Of a DNA stretch of 64,000 nucleotides, positions 19,021 to 28,213 are shown piece after piece. Position 1 is the stretch's first letter. Every line of letters begins with the position of its first letter. This stretch comes from Candidatus Sumerlaeaceae bacterium (GTDB lineage Bacteria; Sumerlaeota; Sumerlaeia; Sumerlaeales; Sumerlaeaceae). The position numbers were made by a program, and so were the translations under genes. Below the pieces are notes generated by a model. The model did no database searches, was not told the DNA's origin, and saw nothing but the letters and a program-made list of their open reading frames with translations. The DNA lies in assembly GCA_049968255.1 (NCBI GenBank), contig JBMFRB010000005.1, forward strand, positions 165,822-229,821. The letters are read 5' to 3'.

Positions 19021-20865
19021 TTAGTGGCAGCGCCGGATTTCAATTCCAAAAGTTTTTTCTGAACGATGAGGTTCGTCGCCAAAAAGAATTTCTCTTTGAG
19101 AGTGTGAATGCACCCATTGCATGATTTCTTGACCGTACTCGCGCGACTGGCCAAAAAGCCAAGGACGGGTATGCTTGTGGATGACCACAATGACGTCTGG
19201 CCTCTGACGATTATAATCTGCAACGATTGCACCTTCTCCGAAGCCAGCCACTTCTGTTGGCGTGAGCTGTGGATAGCGCGTTGCCATGAGCTTTCCTAAG
19301 GAAAATGCGAAAAAAGCCCCTTCGGGAATCGCGATAAACTTGTCGGTGGAAGGCACAACATTTTGCATGTAGTGCATGGCGCTCCGCAGCACAGGAACGC
19401 GGGGATCAATTCCCGTATCGAACACAAACATATCCACTGTGGAGGTGGACCAGCGCTCCCTTTTTTGTTGCAAGTAGTTCCACGAGCGCTTCGCGTGCGC
19501 ATAGGTGAAGGAGAAAACTAGAGCGGTCACAACGAGAATCGTTAGGAAACGATCCATGTTCGCTCTAACTGCGATGCGGGGAGCGTCCCCAAGAAGCCAG
19601 GCCGCGCACACGAGCACCGCGGGCATCGCCTGTGTGAAGCCATATTGCTCGACGCGCGCATTCAAAAGCATGCGAAGAATAGTGCCAAGAGCCCATAGAC
19701 TCCAGAGCCAAATGCCAATATCGCGCGCTCGGTTGTTGGACTCCTGACGCTGTAAAACTGATAATGACTTTGCTCCCCATATCGCCAGGCACCAGAGCGG
19801 GAGAGAGCGCGCGAAAAACTGCCACCATTCAAAACGGCGAAAGCAAACGACGCATAAGACAGTGACAATACCGAGTCCTAGAATGCGGGCAGTTTTTGAG
19901 AGCCTCCACTGTCGCCAAGCTCTTGCGAGCAGCACGAAAACAATTCCGAGAGAAACAACTGCGCTGGCGCTTAGCAGAAGGCGTGCGGCGTTCGACCATG
20001 GCGACTCGAACCCCATCGTCTCCACGCTCCAGCGAACGCGAGCCGCAGGAGTAAAGGACATCCACCATGCGCCAAGCACGAGTTCGATCGCGCGCGAAGG
20101 GGGCATGACAAGACAGGCAACGAGAAAGATAGTACAGAGGGTGCCGACGACTGTGGCTGCACCCAGTAGCGCTGCTTTCACCCAGCGCTTTCTCTCGGTC
20201 CAGAAAAAAGCAGCAATCAGATAGGCCCCGCCCCACACAGCAAGCGCTCCCACAGCCATTTCTGCCTTTGTAAGAAACGCCAGAGCTGCGAGAAGGGCCA
20301 ACCCAATCGTTTCTAGCCAGGTGGGCACTCGAATCCATTGTTGCGCGAGCGCGACTGTGCAAAGTCCGAGGTAAAGGCCGTGAACCGTTTCCGAACTGTA
20401 AGGCGCGAAATAGTTGTACATCCCAACCTTTGTGCTGTGAGAGAAAGCAAAAACGAGCCAGAAGATCACCGTGATTGCTGTGGCGACAATGCACCCGTAC
20501 CACTGCGAGAAGAGGCGGAAAACGAGAAGTGAGCCGCCAATAAGAAGAAATAGATTCGCTACGAGCAAGACGGTGTTGTGGGGCCCAAACCAAGCAAATA
20601 GCCCTCCATTGAAATAGACTGAGAGAGGGCCGTACAACCATTCAAAATCGCGTGCGACGTGAAGACCTTTCGAAACTTGGAAAGGACCGTAAAGGGTAAT
20701 CCCATAATCGAGAAAAGGGTCGCCGAATTTTCTCCACGTGGCGACGAGCAAAACCAAAAAGATCCCAGCAAGGATCGTGGCGCACATCCCCTCGCTTCGC
20801 GGACCTGGCCTCGCGGGGTGAGGCCGTTTCGTGCTATAAAGTTTCGAACACACGCTGAATCTCAA
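19021..20865 (-). CDS. Multi-pass membrane protein, probable GT-C (ArnT/PMT-like) glycosyltransferase
   Basis: More than 10 hydrophobic segments; D.G..LY, RDF.WLYGP and FLTK.E patterns; soluble C-terminal domain. Start may be 20787. Confidence 0.6.
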   Translation of the reverse strand: MRFSVCSKLYSTKRPHPARPGPRSEGMCATILAGIFLVLLVATWRKFGDPFLDYGITLYGPFQVSKGLHVARDFEWLYGPLSVYFNGGLFAWFGPHNTVLLVANLFLLIGGSLLVFRLFSQWYGCIVATAITVIFWLVFAFSHSTKVGMYNYFAPYSSETVHGLYLGLCTVALAQQWIRVPTWLETIGLALLAALAFLTKAEMAVGALAVWGGAYLIAAFFWTERKRWVKAALLGAATVVGTLCTIFLVACLVMPPSRAIELVLGAWWMSFTPAARVRWSVETMGFESPWSNAARLLLSASAVVSLGIVFVLLARAWRQWRLSKTARILGLGIVTVLCVVCFRRFEWWQFFARSLPLWCLAIWGAKSLSVLQRQESNNRARDIGIWLWSLWALGTILRMLLNARVEQYGFTQAMPAVLVCAAWLLGDAPRIAVRANMDRFLTILVVTALVFSFTYAHAKRSWNYLQQKRERWSTSTVDMFVFDTGIDPRVPVLRSAMHYMQNVVPSTDKFIAIPEGAFFAFSLGKLMATRYPQLTPTEVAGFGEGAIVADYNRQRPDVIVVIHKHTRPWLFGQSREYGQEIMQWVHSHSQREILFGDEPHRSEKTFGIEIRRCH

Positions 20866-21055
20866 GGCACAGAATCAAACCTGGAAGCGCAAGACTTTCA
20901 TGAGGTCGAGGCGTATGCTCTGATCTTTGCCGCGAGGTTGGCCGCATTCTCACACACGTCTCATCATTCGTCTTGATTAGCTGGGTGCCGCAAAGAATAA
21001 AAAGACAATAAGGCCAAAATCGGTTCAAAATCAAACATGAGAAGTGTGACAAACT

Positions 21056-21988
21056 GTGACCAAAACAAAATCTGTACTGATGCTAACGAGTGCGTTGTGG
21101 AGCATCTCGGCGCTGGGCTTTAGTTTCGCCGCAACAGGACATCAACTGGTGGCACTCATCTGCGAACACGAACTCACATCGAAAACGCGCGCAGCAATTG
21201 GAACCATCCTGCCGACGGAAAACCTGCCGGAGATCAGCCCCTGGGCCGATTTAGAACGCCAGCATGATCCTTCAACGTCAGGATGGCATTATATCGATTA
21301 CAACATCAAGACGGGCAAGGTCGAGGCCCAACACGCGAACGATCCGACAATTCTCGATGCCATTTCGTCGAACTCCGTGGCGCTTCGGTCGGCAGAATCC
21401 ACAGAAACGCGCCAGCGCGCTCTGAAGTTTCTGGTCCATTTTATGGCGGATCTTCATCAGCCTTTGCATTGTGCGGACAACAATGACGCTGGGGGCAATA
21501 AGACATTCGTCTCTCTTCGCGGCGAAGAGATACGACTGCATCGCGTGTGGGATGGCCCGGTCGTGGAGCGGATGATAGCAGAACGTTATCCGGGAAAATC
21601 CTTGCCGGAAGTGGCTGCCATTCTGCACTCGAACTATGCAGCCAAGAAAGCTGACTTTACTTCGGGAACCATTGAGGACTGGGCACGCGAGTCCTTTGAA
21701 ATCGCGAGGGATCACGTCTACCGTCTCCCACCTCCTGCTGCAGAAGGAAAGCCGCCAGAGATTGATGGAGACTACATGAGGGCAAGCGAGGCGATTATTG
21801 AGAAGCGCCTTGCGCTGGCTGGCTTGCGTTTGGCTCACGTCCTCAACAGCCTACTCGATCCCGATTATCGCCCGACCACCGACGCATTGGGCCTTGGTAG
21901 CAAAAGGGCGCATGCCGCGCCGGTTGAAAAAGTCTCCGCAAAAAAAGTTGGTTCGCAGGGAGCTCTTGTGCCAGCTGGCGTTCACTGA
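21056..21988 (+). CDS. Secreted S1/P1 nuclease
   Basis: GH..VA.I, WAD, WHYID, HFMADLHQPLH, LHRVWD and AG.RLA..LN. Confidence 0.9.
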   Translation: MTKTKSVLMLTSALWSISALGFSFAATGHQLVALICEHELTSKTRAAIGTILPTENLPEISPWADLERQHDPSTSGWHYIDYNIKTGKVEAQHANDPTILDAISSNSVALRSAESTETRQRALKFLVHFMADLHQPLHCADNNDAGGNKTFVSLRGEEIRLHRVWDGPVVERMIAERYPGKSLPEVAAILHSNYAAKKADFTSGTIEDWARESFEIARDHVYRLPPPAAEGKPPEIDGDYMRASEAIIEKRLALAGLRLAHVLNSLLDPDYRPTTDALGLGSKRAHAAPVEKVSAKKVGSQGALVPAGVH

Positions 21989-23463
21989 GCCTTGCTCGCG
22001 CGCATCTCGACGCGCAAATGTTTGACTCCCGGAGTTGCGAGAAGATCAAGTCCCCGCCACTCTTGGCCTGCAACGCGCAGCTCGTAACGTCCTGTTGGCA
22101 TGGCTGTAAAGACAGCGTAGCCGTTTCCATCCGCCCGAAGCGAACGCGTGATGGGTCCGCGTAATTCGAGAACCGCGCCATCTGCAGGTTCCTTGTTTTC
22201 TGTGCGTTGGCATTGCACCACCAGCGTTGCGCAGTCCTTACGCCACTGCGGACGCGGTGGTTGGGCTAGGTCGGGATAAACCTCGTTTGCAATTCGCTCC
22301 CACAAAGAGCTTGCGGCACCATAGCGTTTCGTCGTGTCAGAAGTTTTGTCCGGGCGCCAATAACTAAATATGCTGGTTCCAAGCCCGCGGCGCTTTGCCT
22401 CGCGGTACTGAACAATGACATGGTCCGGCTCGTTGAAGTACCCTCCGATGCCAATAGTGATAAGATTGCCCGGGCATTGCTCCGCCAATCGCAGGGAGAA
22501 GTCCGCCCAGTCGCGAAACTGTTTCGCATGCGCGGGGACGTGTTCACGCTTGTAGCCCATGCGCGTGACGATGTCTACCGCCCCTTCGCGAGCCCAGCCG
22601 GCCCAATCTTGATGAACTTGTCGATAGGGACTGGATTTCGTGAAATCGTTTTCGGAAGGAACCGCGCCGAATCCTACAGCACAGACACTGAGCATGGCCT
22701 CGGGGCGCAACTCCCATACTTCGGCGGCACAGCGGCGCACGAACGCGCAAACCTGTTCGCGACGGAACTCGTTCCACTGAGGATCGTTGGGTGTAGGACG
22801 ATCCGTGCGGCCATAGAGATTTTGAAAACGTCGAATCGCAACGGGGTGGTAACCGGCTTCCTCTTCAGGATAGCGAATGAAATCAAGGTTCACCCCATCT
22901 ACCGGATACTTCTTCACGCACTCACGGATAAGTGAAAGCAAGTATTCCTGAACCTCCGGGATTGCGGGGTCTAGGAAAGTTGTTTTTGTCCCCGAGGTCG
23001 TGTAGCTCATCCATTCCTTTATTTTCCTCTGCTGTTCGAGCGACAGGGAGGTTGTTTCGACCTTGCCGAAATTGAAAACATTGAACCATGCGTAGACGTC
23101 GAGCCGCTGGGTGCCACTCGTCGTGTCGTGGGCCTGGAAGAGCAAAGTTTGTAGCGGATCGAAACTGGGCGTCCTTGCCCATGTGGGCGCCGGCGGCTCA
23201 GTGGATGATTGATAAAAGGTCATGCCGCGGTGCCGCACCTGGACAATCACACAGTTGAGATGGGCACGCCGCGCCGCGCCGACCAGATCGGCGATTTCCT
23301 CCGGCGAATTCATGCAGGGTGAGAGCGTGGAGGCCCACACCGCACGAAGTTCTGTTCGGTCCAAGGGCCCACTCATTGCACTCGGTGCAGCAGAAAGTCC
23401 CCAATTTAGGCAACACCCCACAAAAGCGACCAGAAAAACCTTTGAAAAGCAGCTATTGCGCAT
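21982..23463 (-). CDS. Exported GHL10 (DUF187/YddW-like) glycoside hydrolase with C-terminal beta-sandwich
   Basis: ELRAVW, QVR, FDPL..AH, AWFN, LDP.IPEV, YPVDGVNLDFIRYP and QDW.GW; signal peptide from ATG 23463. Confidence 0.85.
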   Translation of the reverse strand: MRNSCFSKVFLVAFVGCCLNWGLSAAPSAMSGPLDRTELRAVWASTLSPCMNSPEEIADLVGAARRAHLNCVIVQVRHRGMTFYQSSTEPPAPTWARTPSFDPLQTLLFQAHDTTSGTQRLDVYAWFNVFNFGKVETTSLSLEQQRKIKEWMSYTTSGTKTTFLDPAIPEVQEYLLSLIRECVKKYPVDGVNLDFIRYPEEEAGYHPVAIRRFQNLYGRTDRPTPNDPQWNEFRREQVCAFVRRCAAEVWELRPEAMLSVCAVGFGAVPSENDFTKSSPYRQVHQDWAGWAREGAVDIVTRMGYKREHVPAHAKQFRDWADFSLRLAEQCPGNLITIGIGGYFNEPDHVIVQYREAKRRGLGTSIFSYWRPDKTSDTTKRYGAASSLWERIANEVYPDLAQPPRPQWRKDCATLVVQCQRTENKEPADGAVLELRGPITRSLRADGNGYAVFTAMPTGRYELRVAGQEWRGLDLLATPGVKHLRVEMRASKAQ

Positions 23464-23672
23464 GGTTTCACCTACCTTCCCTTTTTGGCTGTTGTCGAAC
23501 ACTTGCACTCAGGGAAATCAAACAATTATACGCAATAGACTTCCAGCCACCGCACCTCGAATGTGGAGCAAATCACGCTTGCGTCGTGACAACAAGTGCA
23601 AGATTTGCAATTGAACTGACGATGCGGGAAAGGGTATGAAGCAAAAGTGCGATGGTGAAGGCAGGACGCAAA

Positions 23673-24716
23673 ATGAAAAAACTCCTCGTTATTTCTCAGG
23701 GAGGAGTTCGGGAGGTAGAGCTGGGGCAAGAAATGACCATCGGGCGCGCCTACACGAATCTTCTTCGGTTGGAAGGGGAGGAAGTTTCGCGTGTGCACGC
23801 GATCCTTTATAAGAGGGACGAGGAGTACCTGATCAGAGACCTGGACAGCAAAAATGGGGTCTACCTGAACGGCCAGCGGGTGACATCGAGTTTGGTCGTT
23901 CCGGGTGATGAAATCCAGATCGGCAACTACATTCTTTTGTTCGATCCTCCTGCGGATTTTGATCTCTCTGCCTTTCTCAGCCAGCGCTCGCTCAAAGGCG
24001 ATTCCGCTGAAAAAGCTGTCGAGAAGAAGTTGGAAAAGGCCGAAAAAAAGGAGGCGAAGAAGTCGTCGGCGGCTGCTATCGCTGTGGTGGCGCGGGAAGA
24101 TGAAACAGACGAACGGTTTGAGACGTCCATTCATTTTGTCCCTCAGCCTCTCACGCAGGTGTTTTACGAGCTGGCTGAAATTGAAGAGCTAAGCCAAACT
24201 GACGCGCTCTCTCCGTCAGGCACGTTCACCGCGGAACTCATTCGTGCCCTGAGAACACTTACTGCACGGCGCGAGAATGGCGCCGAGGAGGGCGAGCCTT
24301 ACCAACGCGTGCTCGAAGCGGCCATAGCAGCTACTCACGCAGACCGAGGAGTTCTCGTCTTGCGCGAGGGGCAAGGTGATGCTTTGCGTTTGGGTGCAAT
24401 TTTTCCGCGCGACCGCGACGTGAGTGTGACGCGTGTGGTGCTGCGGGCTGTGCTGCGCGAAAAGCGCGTCGTCTTGTGCAACGATGCAAAGAACGATCCG
24501 CGGTTTCAGCAAACGGACACGGTCCAACGCGAAAACATCACGAGCCTTATCGGATTCCCGCTGGTCATGAACGGTCATACCGTAGGGCTGCTGTATGTGG
24601 ACACGCAGGGACGCCCCAACGCGTTTCGCCGCGAGCATCTTGTTATTGTGCACTTTCTGTCACGCATCTGCACGCTCACGATGAAGGCGGCTGAATCTTC
24701 TCGACAGCTGCAGTAA
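23673..24716 (+). CDS. FHA + GAF domain protein
   Basis: FHA motifs IGR, SRVHA and DLDSKNGVYLNG; GAF-like DA.NDPRF..SLIGFPL..GLLYVD..F..EHL. Confidence 0.85.
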   Translation: MKKLLVISQGGVREVELGQEMTIGRAYTNLLRLEGEEVSRVHAILYKRDEEYLIRDLDSKNGVYLNGQRVTSSLVVPGDEIQIGNYILLFDPPADFDLSAFLSQRSLKGDSAEKAVEKKLEKAEKKEAKKSSAAAIAVVAREDETDERFETSIHFVPQPLTQVFYELAEIEELSQTDALSPSGTFTAELIRALRTLTARRENGAEEGEPYQRVLEAAIAATHADRGVLVLREGQGDALRLGAIFPRDRDVSVTRVVLRAVLREKRVVLCNDAKNDPRFQQTDTVQRENITSLIGFPLVMNGHTVGLLYVDTQGRPNAFRREHLVIVHFLSRICTLTMKAAESSRQLQ

Positions 24717-24742
24717 ACACTCGCCTTTGGGTCACTCGGAGA

Positions 24743-26029
24743 ATGGGACTAACAACGGCTGCGATTATCTCCACTGGAACTGAAATCTTGCAGGGGCTTT
24801 ATGCCGACACGAATGCCCGGTGGCTGGCCGAGCAACTGAGTGCGGAGGGGCTGGAGGTCAGGCTCATTGCGGCGGCTCCTGACGATAAGATGGAAATCGA
24901 GGCGTTGGTTCGCTATGCAGCCGAGCACGCGGATCTCGTGGTCTGCTCTGGTGGACTTGGTCCTACTGCCGATGATGTCAATCGGGAAGTGTTTGCACGG
25001 CTGTTTGGCATGCAGCTTGTGCGCGACGAACGCGCAGTCGAAATGATGCGAGAGCGCTTCGCGCGCCGCAATCGGGTGATGCCTGAAAGCAACTTGGTTC
25101 AGGCCCTTATCCCAGAAGGAGCCATTGTGCTCTACAATGAATGGGGAACTGCACCCGGTTTTTTCATCCCCCCTGTGGAGGAGCGGAGTAGCACAACAGC
25201 GGAGGCGCCGCGCTGTGCATTGCTCGCTCTGCCGGGTCCTCCCCGCGAACTTTATTCCATGTTTCGCGAGCTTGCCCTTCCACTGATTCGTCATCGCTTG
25301 ACGGGGCGCCGCTATGTGCTCGTGCGTGTGCTTCATACGTTCGGTGCGCCCGAGTCAGAGGTCGGACAATACGTTCATGATCTTTTTGCTACCTCATCCG
25401 ATTATGCTTACACGATGCTGGCCAAACCTCATGGGATTGACATACGCATGGTCGTGCGGGCGAGCACTCGTCGCGAGGCCGAAGAGCGGCTCGACACGCT
25501 CGAGCAGGAAACCCGACGCCGCATTCCCGGTGAACTTATTTACGGTAGCGACGACGAAACACTGCCCCAAGTTGTTGCTAAAATGCTAATAAGGAGAAGA
25601 GCACGCTTGGCGGTCGCGGAATCATGTACCGGCGGTTTGCTTTCAAAATTGCTGACGGATATTGCCGGAAGCTCGGCCTTCTTTATCGAGGGCCTCATCA
25701 CTTATGCCAATGAAGCAAAAATTCACACGTTAGGAGTGAGGGCGGAGACTTTAGAGCGCCATGGTGCAGTGAGTGAAGCGACTGCTCGCGAAATGGCCGA
25801 AGGCGCCCGCCAGCAAGCCGATGCGGATTACGCCCTGGCCCTCACAGGCATCGCGGGCCCCACGGGCGGCAGCGAAGAAAAGCCTGTGGGACTAACATTC
25901 ATTGCTTTAGCCAGTCGCAATGAAACTGCAGTCCAGCGACACGTGTTCGGCGGCGATCGCGAATTCAATCGGACGTTTGCTGCCCTGACGGCTCTGAATT
26001 GGCTTCGGCTGGAATTGCTTTGTCAGTAG
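24743..26029 (+). CDS. cinA: Competence/damage-inducible protein CinA (MoCF-like + PncC NMN deamidase)
   Basis: GTEIL.G..DTN, GGLGPT.DD, GTAPG, LPGPP.E, AESCTGG, GAVSE and TGIAGPTGG. Confidence 0.95.
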   Translation: MGLTTAAIISTGTEILQGLYADTNARWLAEQLSAEGLEVRLIAAAPDDKMEIEALVRYAAEHADLVVCSGGLGPTADDVNREVFARLFGMQLVRDERAVEMMRERFARRNRVMPESNLVQALIPEGAIVLYNEWGTAPGFFIPPVEERSSTTAEAPRCALLALPGPPRELYSMFRELALPLIRHRLTGRRYVLVRVLHTFGAPESEVGQYVHDLFATSSDYAYTMLAKPHGIDIRMVVRASTRREAEERLDTLEQETRRRIPGELIYGSDDETLPQVVAKMLIRRRARLAVAESCTGGLLSKLLTDIAGSSAFFIEGLITYANEAKIHTLGVRAETLERHGAVSEATAREMAEGARQQADADYALALTGIAGPTGGSEEKPVGLTFIALASRNETAVQRHVFGGDREFNRTFAALTALNWLRLELLCQ

Positions 26030-28022
26030 CCGAGTTGGGCTCCAGCGCTCCGAAGGCGTTCTCGGCATTCACTGATGCTGCGGTTTGTTTAGCACCCATG
26101 GGGTGCGGAGTTTCAAGTTGCCTAAAGAACGCCCAAACAGCCTCGGCCAAAGGACGAGTCATGGAGGGTGCTGCGGCCAACTCTTGTACGTTGGCGGCCT
26201 TGACTTTCGCTAGCGACCCGAAGTGGCGGAGAAGAAGTTTCGCCCGTTTGCTCCCGATGCCGGGGACTTCTTCAAGAATGGAACGACGGTTTGCCGCCGC
26301 GCGAAGCTTCTGATGATAGGTGATGGCGAAGCGGTGCGCTTCGTCGCGTATTCGTTGAACGAGCAGAAGGGCCGCCGAGCCCTCGGGCAACACAATCGGA
26401 TTCCGACGATTTGGCACAAAGAGGCGCTCGGGTTTGGCTTTAGCAGCTGTTTCACCTGCCGTTTGGGTTGCGTCTCGGCACCCTGCACTTTGCCGCAGAC
26501 GAATTTCGCCGCGTGTTCGCTCCTTGGCAAGTGCCGCGAGCATGAGAGAAGCGCATCCGAGCTCCGCAGCAACTTTGCGTGCCACGCCAAGTTGGGCCTT
26601 GCCCCCATCCACAATGAGCAAATCCGGCCATGGCATGGCGCGTGTGCTGTCTGAACGAAAACGGCGTATGAGCACTTCGCGCATCATGGCAAAATCGTTC
26701 GCCCCTTGCACTGTGCGGATACGGTAGCGGCGATAACCTTCTTTCGCAGGACGTCCATTTTCAAACCGCACGATAGAGCCAACAGCAAGTGTGCCCATGA
26801 GGTTGGAGATATCCACACATTCAATCACGCGCGGAATTCTTTCGAGCCCTAGAGCTGACGCGAGATCGGCAAGTGCCTCCTCGACGCTTTTCTCGCCACG
26901 CGCACGCATTTCGAGACGCAAACGAGCATTCTGTTGCGCCATTTCCACAAGCGCGGCTGCTGCGCCGCGCTTAGGCGTCCGGATTTCGATACTTCCGCCA
27001 CGTAGCTCGCGGAGGCACGCCTCGATTAGCTCATGGTCGGCTACCTCGATATTGGTGACAATTTCGGGAGGAATTGTTGTGGCAGCCTCGTAATGACGCG
27101 AGAGGAACTGGCTGAGAACTTCCTCGTCGGATTGCTCGTAATTTCGAACAAAAAAATCTCGCGTGAAGGCAATAGCGCCTTCACGCATTTCCATGAGAAG
27201 GATGAGCGAGTGTCCACCTTGGGACACGATGGCGATAATGTCGCGGTCCGCAACGGCGTGCGACACGACAGTCTGACGCTCGAGCGTTTCGTCCATGGCG
27301 CGGAGATAGTCGCGCACGAGTGCGGCGCGTTCGAATTCCATTCTGTCCGAAAGCGCGTGCATCTGACGCTCGAGCAGCTCGCGTACCTCGTCGCGCCGGC
27401 CACGGAGAAAGCGCGCGACGTTGTCCACGAGTTCTCGATACGACTCTTGGCTCACCGGTACAACGCAAGGTCCGCAGCACTTGCCCACGTCATAGAGCAA
27501 GCAGGGGCGCGTTCGGTTAGCAAAGACACTGTCGCGGCATGTGCGAATGGGAAACACTTTCAAGAGAAAGCGAAGCGTAGCTCGCACCGCAGAGGTCGAC
27601 ACGTAGGGGCCAAAGTACAGGTCGCCACGTTCGAGGCGCTCGCCCGCATAGCGGCGCACGCGCACAATCTCAAGCCGGGGATAAGGATGATTCATCCTCA
27701 TGCGAATCGAAACGTAGGTTTTGTCGTCGCGCAGGCGAATGTTGAAGCGGGGGCGATGGCGCTTAATGAACTCGTTCTCAAGAAGAAAAGCCTCTTTCTC
27801 GTTGGCTGTGATGACAAATTCGATGCTGTGAGCGAGCCGGCGTAAGAACTGAACCGAGAAACGATTGTCAGCCGAGCGCGTGAAGTAACTGCGAACACGG
27901 TTACGAAGATTCACCGCCTTGCCAACGTAAAGGGCGCGTCCTTCGGCATCCTTGAAAATATAGACACCCGGTTGCGCCGGCAACTGGCTAAGATGCTCGG
28001 GCTGTGCAAGAATTTCTACCAT
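25965..28022 (-). CDS. uvrC: Excinuclease ABC subunit C
   Basis: GIY-YIG (PGVY..YVGKA.NLR.RV.SYF), UVR domain, DISN, DGGKAQ, RDEAHRFAI and C-terminal HhH. Confidence 0.97.
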   Translation of the reverse strand: MVEILAQPEHLSQLPAQPGVYIFKDAEGRALYVGKAVNLRNRVRSYFTRSADNRFSVQFLRRLAHSIEFVITANEKEAFLLENEFIKRHRPRFNIRLRDDKTYVSIRMRMNHPYPRLEIVRVRRYAGERLERGDLYFGPYVSTSAVRATLRFLLKVFPIRTCRDSVFANRTRPCLLYDVGKCCGPCVVPVSQESYRELVDNVARFLRGRRDEVRELLERQMHALSDRMEFERAALVRDYLRAMDETLERQTVVSHAVADRDIIAIVSQGGHSLILLMEMREGAIAFTRDFFVRNYEQSDEEVLSQFLSRHYEAATTIPPEIVTNIEVADHELIEACLRELRGGSIEIRTPKRGAAAALVEMAQQNARLRLEMRARGEKSVEEALADLASALGLERIPRVIECVDISNLMGTLAVGSIVRFENGRPAKEGYRRYRIRTVQGANDFAMMREVLIRRFRSDSTRAMPWPDLLIVDGGKAQLGVARKVAAELGCASLMLAALAKERTRGEIRLRQSAGCRDATQTAGETAAKAKPERLFVPNRRNPIVLPEGSAALLLVQRIRDEAHRFAITYHQKLRAAANRRSILEEVPGIGSKRAKLLLRHFGSLAKVKAANVQELAAAPSMTRPLAEAVWAFFRQLETPHPMGAKQTAASVNAENAFGALEPNSATDKAIPAEANSEPSGQQTSD

Positions 28023-28050
28023 AGGCCGGACTGCGCGCTGATCTCTACTT

Positions 28051-28091
28051 CTGTTTTAGACTACAGGTAGACTACAGGTTTAGATTACAGG
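28051..28091. promoter_or_regulatory. Three 11-bp direct repeats TAGA(C/T)TACAGG overlapping a CTGT-N8-ACAG palindrome upstream of uvrC
   Basis: Units at 28057, 28068 and 28081; CTGTTTTAGACTACAG at 28051-28066, about 30 bp upstream of the uvrC ATG. The repeats are certain; the regulatory role is inferred. Confidence 0.5.
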
Positions 28092-28213
28092 CGCGGGGCC
28101 TCACTTGTTGGGCTTAGTGGGCCTTCCCCGCACAGGGCGAAGTGAGACACCAGCGCGACTGCAGCGCGTGAGGCAATGGCACGCGGAACCGAGCAAATCC
28201 CGCGATAGCCAAA

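Noticed and set aside
28057-28091. Repeats as a CRISPR or mini-array
   Set aside because: Units are 11 bp, essentially adjacent, with no spacers and no cas genes.
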